Origin: Fidelibacterota bacterium
GTDB taxonomy: Bacteria; Fidelibacterota; Marinisomatia; SCGC-AAA003-L08; GCA-002704045
Direction of reading: 5' to 3'
Length of the DNA: 35,843 bases
Assembly (NCBI GenBank): GCA_002704045.1
Contig: PAFF01000079.1
Coordinates: forward strand, 6,785-42,627
Shown here piece after piece: positions 35,445 through 35,843 of the stretch (positions are counted from its first letter, which is position 1; each line of letters opens with the position of its first letter). The position numbers were made by a program, and so were the translations under genes. Under the pieces are notes generated by a model. The model saw nothing but the letters and a program-made list of their open reading frames with translations. It was not told where the DNA came from and did not search any database.

Positions 35445-35843
35445 ATGAAAAAACTATTACTTATAACAAAAATACTACTATTTAGTTGCACTACTGAACC
35501 TGAAGATGTATATGGTTGCACAGATGCTACTGCTTGTAACTTTAATGCTGATGCTAATATTAATAATAATAGTTGTTTATATACTGATGAGTGTGGTGTA
35601 TGTGGTGGTGATGGTGTGCTTGATGAATGTGGTGTTTGTAACGGTAACTGCGTAGGTTTGTTTACCTTGGATTTATCTGTATCAGAAACTCAAATATATG
35701 CTGATAATGAAGCAGATACTCAACAATATTCAAATACAACTGTCACGGCAACGCTTAGAGACTCATATGGTGCACCAATTTCAGGTAAAAACATTACATT
35801 TATTTATGAATATCAAAATGTTAGTGAACAGCCAGCAGAAGCT
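35445..35843 (+). CDS. lipoprotein with a CxDxxACNFN...SC motif, CGVCGGDG modules and an Ig-like (Big-type) domain; 3' end lies beyond the window
   Basis: An ATG at 35445 opens a frame that stays open to the window end (133 codons). The product begins [15 protein letters not shown] (lipobox), followed by [46 protein letters not shown]. It continues with [20 protein letters not shown], typical of bacterial Ig-like group 1 domains. It is not in the ORF track because it is truncated. Confidence 0.7.

Overview
This is a very AT-rich bacterial chromosomal segment using the standard code (TGA, TAA and TAG are all used as stops). Two large proteins end in Por/T9SS-type C-terminal sorting domains, so the host is probably a diderm of the FCB-superphylum type, possibly marine; that placement is inference only. 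All family calls come from motifs read by eye, because no database search was possible.

Gene content, left to right:
- a truncated lipoprotein gene and tRNA-Glu(UUC);
- an alpha/beta hydrolase and an MBL-fold hydrolase;
- a copper P1B-ATPase (copA);
- an overlapping two-gene operon encoding an M6 (InhA-like) metalloprotease and an S8 subtilase, each ending in a dockerin-type double Ca-loop module;
- three monocistronic paralogous genes for extremely acidic Cys-rich lipoproteins, one of them His-rich, all with TTG starts;
- tig and clpP, with no clpX;
- a protein with three cohesin-like modules plus a dockerin;
- a 2360-aa modular giant protein with five cohesin-like AGFQF modules, Cys-rich CGxCxGDG modules, a lamin-tail domain, FN3-like domains and a T9SS C-terminal domain (CTD);
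- a small beta-barrel outer-membrane protein (OMP) and tRNA-Leu(UAG);
- a 9.4-kb block holding a patatin-like lipase, a MORN plus double-FKBP lipoprotein, a small reverse-strand operon, an OMP, a lipoprotein and a 1294-aa T9SS cargo protein;
- a 61-nt 3' fragment of tRNA-Leu, a small membrane protein and a truncated Cys-motif/Ig-like lipoprotein.

Two observations stand out:
1. Dockerin-bearing proteases cluster with cohesin-like scaffold proteins, one of which is T9SS-anchored. This suggests a cellulosome-style cell-surface protease assembly.
2. An imperfect direct repeat of about 335 bp starts inside tRNA-Leu and recurs exactly 9,400 bp downstream. It brackets an island-like block that has no integrase.
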